Shown one piece after another: positions 13,145 to 26,529 of a stretch of 64,000 nucleotides of DNA. A program made the translations under genes and the position numbers. The DNA is from the human T2T-CHM13v2.0 reference genome, Homo sapiens: NCBI RefSeq assembly GCF_009914755.1, contig NC_060938.1, one strand, 5' to 3'. Each line of letters opens with the position of its first letter. Within the stretch, counting starts at the first letter, position 1. A model generated the notes under the pieces. The model was not told the origin of the DNA and did no database searches. It saw only the letters and a list, made by a program, of their open reading frames with translations.

Positions 13145-13197
13145 GTGGATGGATGAGTAGGTGGATAGATGAATGAATGAATGAATGAATGAATGAA
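13145..13197. repeat. (TGGA)/(TGAA)n tail of an L2 3' end
   Basis: gatgaatgaatgaatgaatgaatgaa following an L2-like segment. Confidence 0.8.
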
Positions 13198-13229
13198 AGT
13201 TCAATTTGTTTTTTTTCATGACCAGCAGT

Positions 13230-13700
13230 AGACTCACAGATTGTGGGTCAGCAACAGGAACAAGGCAGAGTAGAGATATTATAATTGTCTCTACCCCAAT
13301 ATGTCTGGGGTCACAGCTGGTACAGTTGACTGAGGGCTGGCTCAATGGCTGGACCTACCTGGAGGCTCATTCATTCACATGTCTGGTGTTTGATATTGTC
13401 TGTAGGCTGTCAACAATGGGAACACCCACGTGTTCTTCCCAGTGGCCTGAGCTTTCTCACAACATGGAGGTTCTAAGGATGACATCTCAAGGAAGAGAGT
13501 CAAGCAAGGGCTGCCTGGCCTTTACTCACTCAGAGGTCATGCAGTGTCTCTTCCACCCTGTTGGTCAAGGCAGCCGTCACAAATGCCTCCCACGTTCAAG
13601 GGGAAGAACACAGAAACTGCCTCTGGATGGGAAGTGACAAAGCCTTGGAAGAGCCCATGGAACTAGAAATATTGTGACCATTTAAGAAAAATCCTCCACA
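13230..13700 (-). mobile_element. MLT1(F/G/H)-like LTR
   Basis: ctggaggctcattcattcacatgtctgg; ctcacaacatgg; cacgttcaaggggaag...ctctggatgggaagtgacaaag. Confidence 0.7.
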
Positions 13701-15014
13701 AATATGACAAATTGGAATGAATGCTTCTCAGTTCAGACTCACTCAAGTTGGTGCAGAGGTGGGGTGACTGGAACATATTTTTCAGGTGATTTGGAGTTTG
13801 GAGCAGGGAAGCCTGGGGAATAGAGTTGGATGAGGATGTTGAAAATTTACTAGCATTCAAAAATCAGGCATGAAGGACTCCTTGGTTACTTATGATATAA
13901 AGGGAGGACTTCAGGGAGCACAGGGCCAAAGAAGCATCATTGGTTTGACTGGAGAACTGGAATCCTGTGACAGACATACAGAGAAAGACAAGCCTGTGGG
14001 AAGCCTCGTAGCTGGTGGCCGTGGGCCTTGGGTGTTCAGTCCAAAGCTCACCCTCCCCACTTCCCACTTCCCATCTCCATGCCTTGGAAATGGTGGGGAG
14101 ACACATGGACCCTGTTTCAGGCCAACATGCAGTGACTCAGCAAATGCACCTGAGAGGTTGGGAGAAAAGGAATGAGGGTTGATTCTTATGATTCAGGGGG
14201 CTGAGGGAGAACCTACGGGAGAGAAAATTACTCCACTGCTTTTATTTGAAACCGTACTGAAACCTAGTCTTTCCTGAAGGAAATAGAAAAGGAAAAAAAA
14301 TAATATATCCATTTTCTTGAACGTTGAAGGCCAACTCAGAGATGGAAAGCACTCTCTGAGAAGAACATGTGAGGTCACTGTGTCTCCCCAGTTCTGTTCC
14401 CCAAGCAGGCTGACATGGGAGGAACTTCTTATTTTTTCCCTCCGATGTTAATTGAATGTGCAGATAGAGAGGTACTAAAGAGATGACATTAAAATGAAAT
14501 GTGTCCCCCGGGCACCTACTTCATCTGCGCTCTCACCCACTGCCCTCCATCTCGGCAGAACAACTTATTTTCTGGCCAAGAAAGCCATCTTCAGTTATTA
14601 CTTCTCTTTGTCTCTTCTCATATCTCTTAATGGAAACGTTCCAGTAGCTGCTGGCTAGAAAATTAGCCATATGAACTCTGATTCTCCCTCTCTCTCATGT
14701 TCTTTCTTTCCATGTCTCTCTTCTCCTCAGATTAGTGAGAAAATTCAGCATTGAATCTCTTTCAAACTCTTCTCTCTGCGCAGCCTGTTAACACATGGAA
14801 AGGGCTAAGATTAAACCTTAATTTAACTCTGTCTCTCACCCAAACGTCACCAGACTCCTGGCCCAGTTTAACTTTCAATCATTTTCAAAAAAGCCTGGAG
14901 AAGTGTGGCTCCACACTGCCTGTGTCTCCTCTGTGACCTTCGTCGCCTGGTCAGACGCCTCGTGATGAAATCCAAGATGGCATTAGGGAGGAGAAGGAGG
15001 GTGAGAAGAGATGA

Positions 15015-15440
15015 ATATTTATTGAGTTCTGGCATATGCCAGGCACTTTAAATGCATTATCTCCTTTGATGGAACAGCCCCAAGGAATAAATATGTGTTT
15101 CTCTATTTTTTTTCAAGGAGAGAAACTGAGGCTCATAGAGTATAACTCTCTTGTCTAAGTTCACACCAAGATTAAGGGTAGGGTCATAATTTTCTAGCAC
15201 TGATGCCAATGCTGCAACTGTCCATGAGGCTGGATTGGCCACAAAAGTGCTCAGTGACCGACGCAAACCTAAGGATCAGAAGCCCTCACAGAGACTCTTC
15301 CAGTATGTGTTGCCATCTTCCATTTCCAGATAGAAAACTGAAGCTCAGAGAGGTTTAATCACTTTCTCATCCTTCACACATTTAGAATGTAGAAGAGTTG
15401 AGACTGGAACTAGGCTCTGCTGTAGTTCAAAGCTCATGCT
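15015..15440 (-). mobile_element. two adjacent MIR fragments
   Basis: tttattgag...tatgccaggcact; gaaactgaggctcatagag; gaaaactgaagctcagagaggtt. Confidence 0.75.
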
Positions 15441-16000
15441 GTTCGAACTGGAATTACAATTTTGAATATTTGCACTACAGCTAACCCACCTAAAACCAAA
15501 TTATTTCACTTTATTTCTCCTGGAATACCTAATATTTTTTCCACTCAAAATCAAATTAATGGAAAGATGAGAGCCAAAATGCCTTCTAAAAAAGCAGTAT
15601 GATAGAATAGTCCGTTGTGTTTTGTTTTTGTTGTTGCTGTTTTGAACAATTATGAATAGTAGTATTAACTCTAACAGGATCAGGCAAGTAGACATGACCA
15701 GGAGCTTAGACCAGCAATGACCCTGGAATGATGGATCCAGTTCTTATGAGAAAGGACATGGTACCCAAGAGGTGGGGAGACAGGTAGCAGGCCAAGCAAG
15801 AGGCTGTAATTCTCCATTGATGAACGCCAGAGAATCCAAGGGCTAAAACTCAGGGTGGAGCTTATGACATTCACAAATGCAGGAGAGAAGGTAAGAATTC
15901 AACATTAGTTAAGTTTGTCATGTCAGCAAGCCAATAGATACTCTCCAAGTTATATGAATAAAGGTGTGTTTATCACAGTGTCATTCAATCATAACAGCCG

Positions 16001-16018
16001 TATATATACATATATGTG

Positions 16019-16062
<44 letters not shown>
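16001..16062. repeat. compound (TA)n(TG)n microsatellite within an old L1M 3' fragment
   Basis: Direct reading. Confidence 0.9.
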
Positions 16063-16064
<2 letters not shown>

Positions 16065-17307
16065 ATTTGTTTATGTATGGATGTTAAGAATCTTCCATTC
16101 AAGAATCATTGAATGAATAGATACACTCCTACCCCAAAGAATTATTACACAGACATTATAAAATGTTGCAAAAATTTGCTGAGAAAGAAAAATGACTTTC
16201 AGCTCTACTCCCCTTACCCCCTAATATGAGAGGGGGCAAAATTGTCCTCTCTCTGGATAAATTTACCCATATAAAAATATGTAGAATGAACCAGGAGGAA
16301 ATAGTGCCAAAATATTCATAGCACATGGCTCTACACACACACACAAAATGAGGGTTTGTTTCTTGTTATTTATTCTTTGTTTTTATTTTTTTCATAATAA
16401 GTGTCTATTTTGTATAAAATGAGAATATATTGCAAGGTGAGAGACTAAGGCCAAGAGTTTGGAGCAGAGCTGGCTATGAGCCGAGGTCAGGGTCCCCAGC
16501 TATGTGCTGTTGGTAGATTTCAACCCACAGGGGCTGTCCAGTATGAGAGTCAGGAGGGAGAAACTAACATGGATGGATGCCCTCTCTGTTCCAGGCCAAT
16601 GACTTATTATCTCACTCCATCTTCTCAATGTCTTGCTTAAGTATATATACTTATCTCCATTGTTTAGATGTGAACTTGGAAGTTAATAAAGATTAAATAA
16701 CACATCCAGATTCAGCCAGCTCGAATAATAACAATAGTTAATTATTGAACATGCTTGCACCATAACAAATGCTACGGTCTTTCCATACATATTTCAGTTT
16801 AGTCCTTGCTACAGACCCATCTGTCAGGTGCCATGCTTTCCTCAGTGCTACAGATGGGTAGCATGAGGTGCACTTGACTCAACATCCCATAGGTCATAAC
16901 AGTGGAGTCAGTATTGGGCAGTGAACCCCAGCGAGCACCATAAATGACTTCAGGACACAACCAGCAAAGTCTGCAGCCAGCAATATCAGCATTCAAACTC
17001 AGAGTGAATCCAAAAGATGGTCCTCCTTCCAATATAGTTCCTCTGATTACACAAACGTCAAAAAATGAAACAGCAACCAAACCAATGAACGATCCTGATA
17101 TTTCATTACAGCTCAATCACCAATGCATTATGTACCCTAGTTCATCCTGTCTGAGAGTCTATTTAATTTTTTACATAAGGAGAAAGGATGTGATTTGAGA
17201 ACCTTTGAAGTCCCTTCAAAGTCCAACCTTACTAGGAAACACATCTCTGCTTTGGAGTCTTTGCTGGCTCACTTTCACCTTCATGTCTTAGAGTCCTTAA
17301 TAAAAAA

Positions 17308-17790
17308 GTGTGTGTGTGTGTGTGTTCGCGCATCTATATATACACACATATAAATATACACATATAAAAATATTTATACTTATCCCCATTGTATAGATGT
17401 ATATATTTACATATGTATAGATGTATATATTTACATATCTTTATGTGTGTATAGACGTATATATTTACATATATTTATGTATGTATAGATGTATATATTT
17501 ACATATATATGTATGTTACATATGTATGTATGTTAAGAATCTTCCATTCAAGAATCATTGAATGAATATATACACTCCTCCCCCAAAGAACTATTATGCA
17601 GCCATTATAAAGTGTTACAACAATTTGTTGAGAAAGAAAAATGACTTTCAGTCTGCCATATGTCACCACCTCATTGCAATGGCTTGCTCAGTATATGTAT
17701 ATATTTACATATATAATATACATATATGAATAGATGTATATTATAAATACATATATATGAATATACATATATAAATATATATATGCGTAT
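17308..17790. repeat. (TG)n plus AT-rich minisatellite-like tract (tgtatagatgtatatatttacata units) containing templated inserts
   Basis: About four copies of a 24-bp core at 17390-17520; see findings for the inserts. Confidence 0.9.
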
Positions 17791-20700
17791 TTAAAACTAC
17801 TTTTACTTTAAAATAATTTTAAAATCACAGGAAATTGAAAGAAATTCATGCAGAGAGTTCTGGTGTACCCTTTACCCAGCTTCCCCCAAAGATAACCAGG
17901 AAATTGACATTGGTACTATTAACTAAGTGCTATCATTATACTTTTTACTTATATAATGATAATAAGTATATTATCTTGTATAATTGTATAATAAGTATAC
18001 ATTATACTTATTACTTGTTATACTATCATTATACCAAGCCACAGAGCTTATTTGAACTTTCCTCATTTGCTTGCAATCATCTGTCTAGCTTCCTTTGTCC
18101 TCACAAGAGGCCACGCACAAGGAGGAGCCCATTAAGCTGTCCATCCTGTCACCAACTCACTCCTCACCCTTTGCTTCCCAGCAATTTGATCTACCTATGA
18201 ATCTCCAAGATATCATATTGTTTGATTGTGTTCTGCTCTTGATCCCAAATATCCTTTCTCAACATCACTGCCAGCAAATGTCTCAGATCCCAAGCTCCTA
18301 TCTTGGTGTTGCCTCTCCTGCCTCTCTTCCCATGTCCCTGCTGCCTGCCATGTGTCACTGCCTCATTGCAATGGCTTGCTCAAAGTCCAGCCCCCTTTGG
18401 AAATATGCCTACCTTGGGCTGGGATTCATCTTTACTTTCTGGAGATTTTTATGCCAGCACCATGCCTAAGACACATGCTCACAGGAGGAATGAACAAATG
18501 CAACCTGTGAGCTTCAGAGCTATTCTCTTTGTATTCTGAAGTGTCTCCTAAATGAGAACCTCCTTCACCTTAAAAAGCTTCCTACTGAAAGATAATTAAT
18601 TTAGAAATAAAAAGTATATATAGAATGTGGTACAAAAAAGAAAGAAATATATATATACATACATATATATACTCAAACTATCATTGCACTTAAGGCACTA
18701 TAGAACTCTTTTATCATTTAAGAGAAAAGCAAAACCACTGTGCATATAATTTAATTTAAACAGTGAAAATAATATTCATTCCACTATGCATTAGAGATAC
18801 TATTTTAAAATTATTTCTCATATAAACACATTCTCTCCAGTCCTCATTTGTTCTCCTTTTTGCTCCTGCTCTCAGGCACAAATTACTGTTAAGTTGGGCT
18901 GAATAATGAATGAAAACAGTCACTGTCGTTAATGACAAAGTGTAATATTGAGCTGATGAGACCTCTTGTTTGCAAAGCTTTCTCTCTCTTCCTCTTTTTT
19001 TTCCCCAAACATTCCTTAGCAAGAATCACTGGCAAAATAGTTTATATTCAACGGAGTATCTAATTGAAAGATTATGAACGCGTGGAAATGTAGACTAGCA
19101 GGACTGATATCCTAAGGAAAAAATAAATAAATAAAACAATCCTCCCTTTGGATAAACACACTTACTGGTGTATGGCAGTCTCTTATTCGGAAGAGGAGCT
19201 TCCGTTTTAGAGCTTATGCAAGTCCCACAGAGATAAGCTCTCAGCTTATGAATCTCCATCATTGCGTTTGGGAAGGGTTTACTTGAGCAGAGGTTAATTT
19301 CGCCCTATTACAGTTGCTGAAGTGCAGCGTGCCTTGACATCAATTTCCTGTCAGACACATGTTCTTTGAGATGTGAGGTTCATGTATATGAACATCGTCT
19401 TGGAGAAGGCCATCTGTTTTCTCAGGCCGAGGTGATCTTCAGGGAGTAGGTCAGGTGGGTCAGGTCCAGGGTCTGAATCACATCGGTAGCACTTTCTAGC
19501 ATTATTTCACTACCTACTCAGGTAAACAGCATTACTCCCTGCCACCTTGGACTTTTATAGATAATACTGAAATATCTCTAAAGTATTTCAAAGTATGTCA
19601 ATTAGCAAGGGCCCAATTAGAAAATTGTAGAATCTCAATAATTAAAGGATAACTATGTTATTTTTTTCTTTTTTCAGTTATTGATTTATTTAACAAAGCC
19701 TAAACTAAATGCCAGTGGACTAAACAATTAACATGAGTCAGATAAGAGGTTGGGTCCCAGAGATAGAGAGCTCAATATACCACAAGGTCCTAGTTCTTCA
19801 GGAACTTAAAGTCATTCATAGGAGATAAGCAGGTACACTATCTCCTCCCATGTGAGAAGTCCTCACTCGGGTTGCAAGAAGAAAAGTCTGCAGATGAAAT
19901 AAGCAAGCAACATAGATGAGTGGCTCCTGATCACAGAGGAGGGCCAACTTCCTGGTAGAAATATCAGTTGAACTTTAAAATTTGCAACATAGTCTTCAGA
20001 TATGTGCAAACCAACATTTAACCCTGGTATTCAGAAAGTGCTTGTACACATGTGCATGTGGGGTAGGGTGGTGGCTCAGTGGGTCAGTGCACTGACTGCA
20101 GTGTGTGCTGGCATGTGAGCATAGGTGCTGAGCCCCAGATGCTGGTGCACAGTCTTAGCATGCATTCAGAGGAAGGCAATGGGGTTGTCTGAGTGATTAT
20201 TTGCTTACATAGCATGGAGATGATTCCTGATTTACCAAATACTAGAAGAGGTGGGGTGTAAAGGTAAAGGTACATTTCTTCTCCAAGAGGATGGATGATT
20301 CCATACATATGTGAGCAGCCATACTGCTCGAAGCAACGAAAAACAGGCATCTAGGAGGGACCCACGTATTATCACATGTCAGGGCTCAAACACATTTTGC
20401 ACTGGTTCCTAAATCCCCAAGTATGGCATGGATGGTTTTATAGCTGCTTTGGCTGAAAGAACAAACTGGCTTTTTCTCATCTTTATCTTTTTCTTTCCAA
20501 GTTTAACATACTCCAAATATGTACCTTAGTCTATCATACATTTTGCAATAAATAATAGCCCAGCCTGCTGGAATCTCCCAAGGTAGTGGGGAAACAACCA
20601 CAACCCAAGGAGATGGCATTTTGAGCAGGCGTTGTGGGGCACTGATGAGAGCACGAATGCCTAAGTTTGAGGTAGTCAGAGAGGGCTCCCTGGAGGTGGT

Positions 20701-22207
20701 GGTAATGTTTGTATAGGCTTTAGAGAAGTAAACATAACTTCTCTTGATCAGTTTATTCAACCAATCTTTATTGAGTCTTCCGTGCAGAGGTGGAAATGAA
20801 CATTCTAGACAAGTGGATCAATAAATCCACGAGTACCAAGATCATCAAAAACTTGCTGTAACAGTAATCAGAAAAATAACTAAAACAGCAACACCTAGAA
20901 TAAAATAACCAACATTAACTGAGTGTCAACTATATTCCAGGCAAAAAATATTCAGATACAGTGAACACATCTCTATTATCACTGGAGTCTTGGATACTGG
21001 GGGTGAGATGGAGAAAGAAGAGCAAGTCAGAGAATGATGGTGCAGTGCCGATGTGATCATAACTTGATGGCATGTGCTGGATTCTAGGTCCCTTTGTACA
21101 GTATCTTAAAAATTATGTAAAGAAGTTTGAGCTTTATCCAGGTGGCCTGGTTGTACAGAGTAAACAAATGCATGGTATGGGGAGAAAGAGTTGATTTGCT
21201 GATTTCCTAGAGAGACAACCAGACAGATATAGCAGATATCTTGTGATTCTCTCCCAGGTAAATGGAGCTGCCGGCTATAGAGGTATTGGAGAGTAGCTCT
21301 TGTGGGGACAGGAGCACAAATGGGATACAGTTTCATGTTCCCAATGTTTGTGCAGGCTTTGAGGTCCCTTCCAGTCTCTGTCCACCTGATGTCACCAGCC
21401 CAAAGGCCAACAGGGAGTCCTTCCCACATCCAGGAGACCCCAAGCTCCAGTGTCCTCACATCCACTTCTGTTCCTTCTGTCGTCCTGGTCCTAGCCACCC
21501 CCATCCTCACCTGGACAACTTCACCACCTGCAGACTGGCCTTTGGGCTTTTCCTCTTGTCTTCTTGCAAGACACTCTCTGCTCAGAAGCCCAAAGGCTCT
21601 TGAGGAAGTGCAAAGTGTTTACATCCTCCTTCTGCTTAGACTCCTCCTATGGGAATTCCATCATACTTTGAATTCAATTCATACCCCTTGACCTGCTTAC
21701 CAGGTCTTTCAGAAGCCAACCCTTGGGGATTTCTCTCTTGCTCTCTTTTTACATCCATCACCTCACCCTGTTGCTAAACAGGCTCCAGCCACGCTGACCT
21801 TCTCCTTGATTCCTGAGCCCTCTAAGTTCACACCCACTATAGTGCATTAGCCCTGTGGATGCTTCCACCAAAGTGGCTTTCTCTGTCCTTGTCATAATGG
21901 GCTCCAATTGCATTTCCATCTCCACCCAAGTGCCATGTCCTCAGAGAGGTCACCCAAGCTGTCTACCTGCAGCAGCCATCAGTTGCTGTCCACAGCACTG
22001 CTCATTTTAATTATCTGCATAGAACGATTCACTGTTGTCTTTCTCTTTATTTTTCATCTTTTTATTGTGTTTCCCCAGCAAGCTCCTTGGGATCAGAGGC
22101 CTTAACCTAACCTTAAGGGTCACCTCCTGGAACAGTGCTAGGCACATCATGGGGTTCTCAGAAAACAAATGAATCTTCCATTTTCATTCTATAGATGGAA
22201 AGACATC

Positions 22208-22591
22208 TGATAAGGTGTGGATTTGTGCCCTGGCCGTAATCTCATGTTGAGTTGTAATCCCTAATGTTGCAGAAGGGTCCTGGTAGGAGGTGACTGGATC
22301 ATGGGGGTGGATTTACTCCTTGATGTTCTCATAATACTGAATGAGTTCTCATGAGATCTGGTTGTTTAAAAGCATGTAACACCTCACCCTTCACCCTCTT
22401 CCTCCTGCACTGGCCATGTAAGACATGCCTGCTTCCTCTTCACCTTCCGCCATAATTCTAAGTTTCCTGAGGCCTCCCTAGCCATGCTTCCTGTACAGCC
22501 TGCAGAACTATGAGCCAATTTAACCCCTTTTCTTTATAAATTACACAGTCTCATGTAATTCTTTATAGCAATTCAAGAACAGACTAATACG
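22208..22591 (+). mobile_element. MSTA/THE1D-type solo LTR with ACATC TSD
   Basis: tgataaggtgtggatttgtg...ccatgcttcctgtacagcctgcagaac...gactaatacg; ACATC at 22203-22207 and 22592-22596. Confidence 0.9.
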
Positions 22592-23132
22592 ACATCTACC
22601 ATGGGTTAGTATGACCAAAGATCATATGAAGAACTTTTAGGTGTCTGCGTAACAATGATAATAAAAATTCGAATGAACTGGGTGACATATATCGAAATTC
22701 TGTATCACACTGTGCTAAACCCTTGAAAAGCTCCAATTCCATTAAACACATCACAAACTACTCAATGAAGTACATACTATGCAAATTCCTAATTTTGGGA
22801 TGAGGAAACGAAGGCCTGGAGACATTAAGTATTTTGGCTTAGTGCAGAGTGAGATCTCAAAACTGGCAGCTATGGGACTTGAATTCAGTCCAACCTGACT
22901 TTCATCCATTATACTGGAGTACACCCATTACTTGTTCACTGTTCCTTTTATGAGTTGTGACACTGAAATATTTCCAAGAAACGTTCCTGTGACCTAATAA
23001 ATGCATATGTCCTCCCATTACAGAATGAGTTCTTGCTGCTGTTGTTGAAATAATAAATAAATGTATCTCAACATCTTCATTTGCTGCTGGAGTCTCAGGG
23101 CTCAATTCATTGCTCAATCACAAGCATTTTAT

Positions 23133-23164
23133 CTTAAAAATAAATATGCTTAAAAATAAATATG
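23133..23164. repeat. perfect 16-bp tandem duplication (cttaaaaataaatatg x2)
   Basis: Direct reading. Confidence 0.95.
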
Positions 23165-23405
23165 CTATTGTATCCTTCTAAATTGATTTTAATTTTCTGG
23201 TTCTGATTTCATTGACTTATAGTTTATTTTATTGTAAGCCTCTCTGGATCATTTTAGATAATTTGAACAATTAGAATTTTCAAGTCAATTAATCATATAC
23301 TACTTTAAGACGAGATCATGGATTATCATCCTGATTTTACAGACTGGGAAACAAAGATACTTGACAAAAATAAATAAGCAGGTAAATTTTGGAACAAAAG
23401 CACTC

Positions 23406-23617
23406 TTTTTATTTTATTTTATTTTCTTCTAAAAAAAAAGCAGGATACATGTGCAGAATGTGCAGGTTTGTTACATAGCTATACGTGTGCCATGGTGGTT
23501 TGCTGTACCTATTGACCCGTCCTCTAAGTTCCCTCTCCTCACCCCACCCGTCCCCAACCAGCCATTGTGTTGTTCCTCTCTTCGTGTCCATGTGTTCTCA
23601 TTGCTCAACTCCCACTT
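23406..23617 (-). mobile_element. L1PA (about PA8-PA10) 3' end, heavily 5'-truncated
   Basis: T-rich tail then ggatacatgtgcagaatgtgcaggtttgttacatag...gtgccatggtggtttgctg...ctcattgctcaactcccactt. Confidence 0.88.
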
Positions 23618-23867
23618 GAAACCAAGACCCTTTCTAATTCTCCCTATTTTGTGTCTAGAGATTGTACCATTATATCATGCTGCCTTTTGCGTGTGGGGAA
23701 TATATATAGTTTTTAACATTTGAATTTTCAGAATGATGGCCATAATAAAAAGCAGATGTTTATTGAGTGTGCTATATGCCATGTTCCTTACCAAAGGTTT
23801 TATTTACACTATTTTGATGTTTTGTCCCTTGAAATTTAACGTATTTCTATTAGTTTTCTATTGTTGT

Positions 23868-24110
23868 GTGTGATTGTTAGTTTATGTATAAACTTGGCTA
23901 AGTTATAGTACCGAGTTGTTTACTCAAACACTAATCTAGGTGTTTGTGTTAGTCCGTTCTTGCACTGCAATGAAGAAATACCTGAGACTGGGTAATTTAT
24001 ATTAAAAAAAAAAAAGAGGTTCAATTGGCTCATGGTTCTGCTGGCTATACAGAAAGCATAGTGGCTTCTGCTTCTGGGAGGCCTCAAGAAATTTGCAATT
24101 GTGGCAGAGT
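23868..24110. mobile_element. MLT2 5' stub (+, about 23868-23944) abutting a truncated MSTA LTR (-, about 23945-24110)
   Basis: tgtgattgttagtttatgtataaacttggcta...caaacactaatctaggtgtt, then tgtgttagtccgttcttgcactgc...cctgagactgggtaattt...gggaggcctca. Confidence 0.75.
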
Positions 24111-24689
24111 AGGAAAGTGCGAATTGGACTTTCAAGGTTGAATAGGAGTTTTCCAGAAGCAGCCAGAAAAAAGGTATTTAAGAGAGATGAGCAGCCCAGT
24201 ACAAAGCCTAATACAATAGCATGAAAAGGCTTTGTTCAGTAAAGAAGAGAGATGTATTTCCATTGCCATTCCAAGGACTTGTGGCTGTGAGTGGCTGGTC
24301 ATAGAGGAGAGCTTCAGAATGTAAGAAACCTTCTAACGTTTTACTCCCCATTTTGAGGTTGATGATGTTGAAAGTATAGAGTATAGAAAAGTATGTATTC
24401 TATCATGTATTCTATAGTACATGAAGGTATGTTTCTACGCTCGAGACAGGATAGAAAGGAGTTTAAATAGTTGAGAAGGATTTGAGAAGATGATATTCCA
24501 ATCATTTCACATTATTCTTTAATTTAAAAAAGTAAATATTTTTATAAAAGTAAAAAATGGCTTTTTTGTAGAAAATTCAGGACATATTAAAAAATATAAA
24601 CACGCAAAGTAAAAATCATATCTGGTTGAACCTATACAGATACACTATAACAATTATTGTAGAAACTTCTGCATAAGTAATATATAAAA

Positions 24690-25120
24690 AATATAAACAC
24701 AAATATATAAATTTACTCTATGTAAATATTGTCTTTATATATTTTACATGAAAATTAATGATATATTATTTATATATTACATATATAAGTAATATATTAC
24801 TTATATTAATATGTCATATTAATTATAAATACTAATACAAGCTATCAATATTTGAATATATTATATAGTATATATTAATATATAAATTATATATAATTTA
24901 TATTTGTAATATGTAGTTTATGTATAATACATATATTACATATTATATATGTACATATAATACATACATTATATGCCTATACATATATAATACGTATCAT
25001 ACATATATATTATGTGTATGATACATATAATAGATATATGTATCATACATATAATATATATATGTATCATACATATAATATACTTATAATACATATAATA
25101 TATAATAAAGATAAAAATAA
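24690..25120. repeat. AT-rich low-complexity/(TA)-derived tract inside an old L1M fragment
   Basis: Direct reading. Confidence 0.9.
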
Positions 25121-25649
25121 ACATTTGTATATTGAAAATGTAACACATTCATAAACTTTAAAAAAACCTAATATGAACATGTTCCCATATTACTAAATAT
25201 TATTTTACAGCATTATTTTTAATAGCTGCAGAGTTATTCATTGTGTAAGTGTGTCTGAATTTATTTAGCCAGTGACCTCCTATATACCATCACATTTGCC
25301 TTCCATTCAATATTATTCATATAATTGGCATGCTTCAAAAGTTCGTGAATACAAAAATGGGGTCATAGTTCATCAACATCCAAATCGTGATATCTGCTGG
25401 CCCCTACCTGTTGATGCAAGAACCTTGTCTCCTTACAGTGCTTGTTGGTTGTTCTCTTTTCAGAGATTCTCCAGGGCCCCGTGCTAGGTATCTGCAGGGA
25501 CACAGACCATATCTATGTATTTTAGCATCTTTAGAAGGATCATGTTTGCTGCTGAGACCCTCAAAGATAGGTGACCCCCTGGGTTCAGTGTCATCTACCA
25601 CCAGTGTGGCTTGGGAAGGGTCACCAATTCTAAGTGATCATCTCACAAC

Positions 25650-26240
25650 TCTACACCTAGTCTTTTATACTCCTCTTTATGATGTTGGAGCTCAGACCTT
25701 CAAACTGCATTTCTCCTTTGCCGGTCTGCTCCCTACTAGATTTTGCTGAGAATATATGCTAGAGGGAGCCTGGAAGGAAGAAACGAGACAAAGAACTACT
25801 CCTTTTAACTGTTTTTATTGTCACTGGCAGTGCTGTCTCAGCAAGAGCTCAGACCCCTGGCAGCCAAAGGTGGTTCCAATAACCGGACTTGCCTTCCGTG
25901 TGGTCCTTCCAGAGATCCAGTGCATCAAACCTGCTCGGAGATACCAGCACCTGCCAGGCAGCTCCTTTGCCCAGAGTATGGGTCTCTGGCTTCTCCTCTG
26001 GGCTCCAGAAATACCTACACCAGTCTGGAGGCTTCCTTGCCTCAATGGGCTGAGTCTCAGTTCTGCAAGGCTCTCCTCCAAGTTCCCGCCTTTTAGTAAT
26101 CCAACTTATTTTGTTTTCCTTGAACTCTGATCCTGCAATTACTATCCCTCTGTCTCCTTAGTGTTTCTTTTCTTTTCAGTTATTCAATACCTGTTCAGCT
26201 TATTATTATATACTCTCTTCTTCAAAATAAGGTATATAAA
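25650..26240 (+). mobile_element. LTR33-like ERVL LTR
   Basis: aaactgcatttctcctttgcc...gctagagggag..tggaagg; cagcacctgccaggcagc; 3' tcaatacctg...tactctcttcttcaaaataa. Confidence 0.55.
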
Positions 26241-26529
26241 CAAATACACCTAAATACTCATGTTCAAGTATGCAAAAGTTCCCATTTCTAATTTTATATA
26301 CGTAGTGGAGAAAATTTTTTCTTCTTTGGTAAATACAGAAATTTTGTAGATAAAAGAAAGGACATGTAAAAGAATGCCTAACTTATGTCCATTTTAAAAC
26401 TGAAAGAGCTCGGCAGTCCTCACCTACCTGCAATTCTCCTCATCTTCTCCCCTACATGTCTTGCAAGAACAGGCTCATGTAGCAGTAGAAGCTCACACCC
26501 TGCTTCATGATGTCCTCTGATTTGTAACA

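Noticed and set aside
13206-13637. 143-aa ORF
   Set aside because: Lies almost wholly within an MLT1 LTR and has a non-ATG start; chance open frame.
17390-17520. Repeat-spacer-like periodicity resembling an array
   Set aside because: AT-rich minisatellite without unique spacers in eukaryotic DNA; not CRISPR-like.
21106-21691. Three overlapping ORFs of 113-134 aa
   Set aside because: No recognisable protein; overlapping frames on both strands are expected in locally GC-richer sequence.
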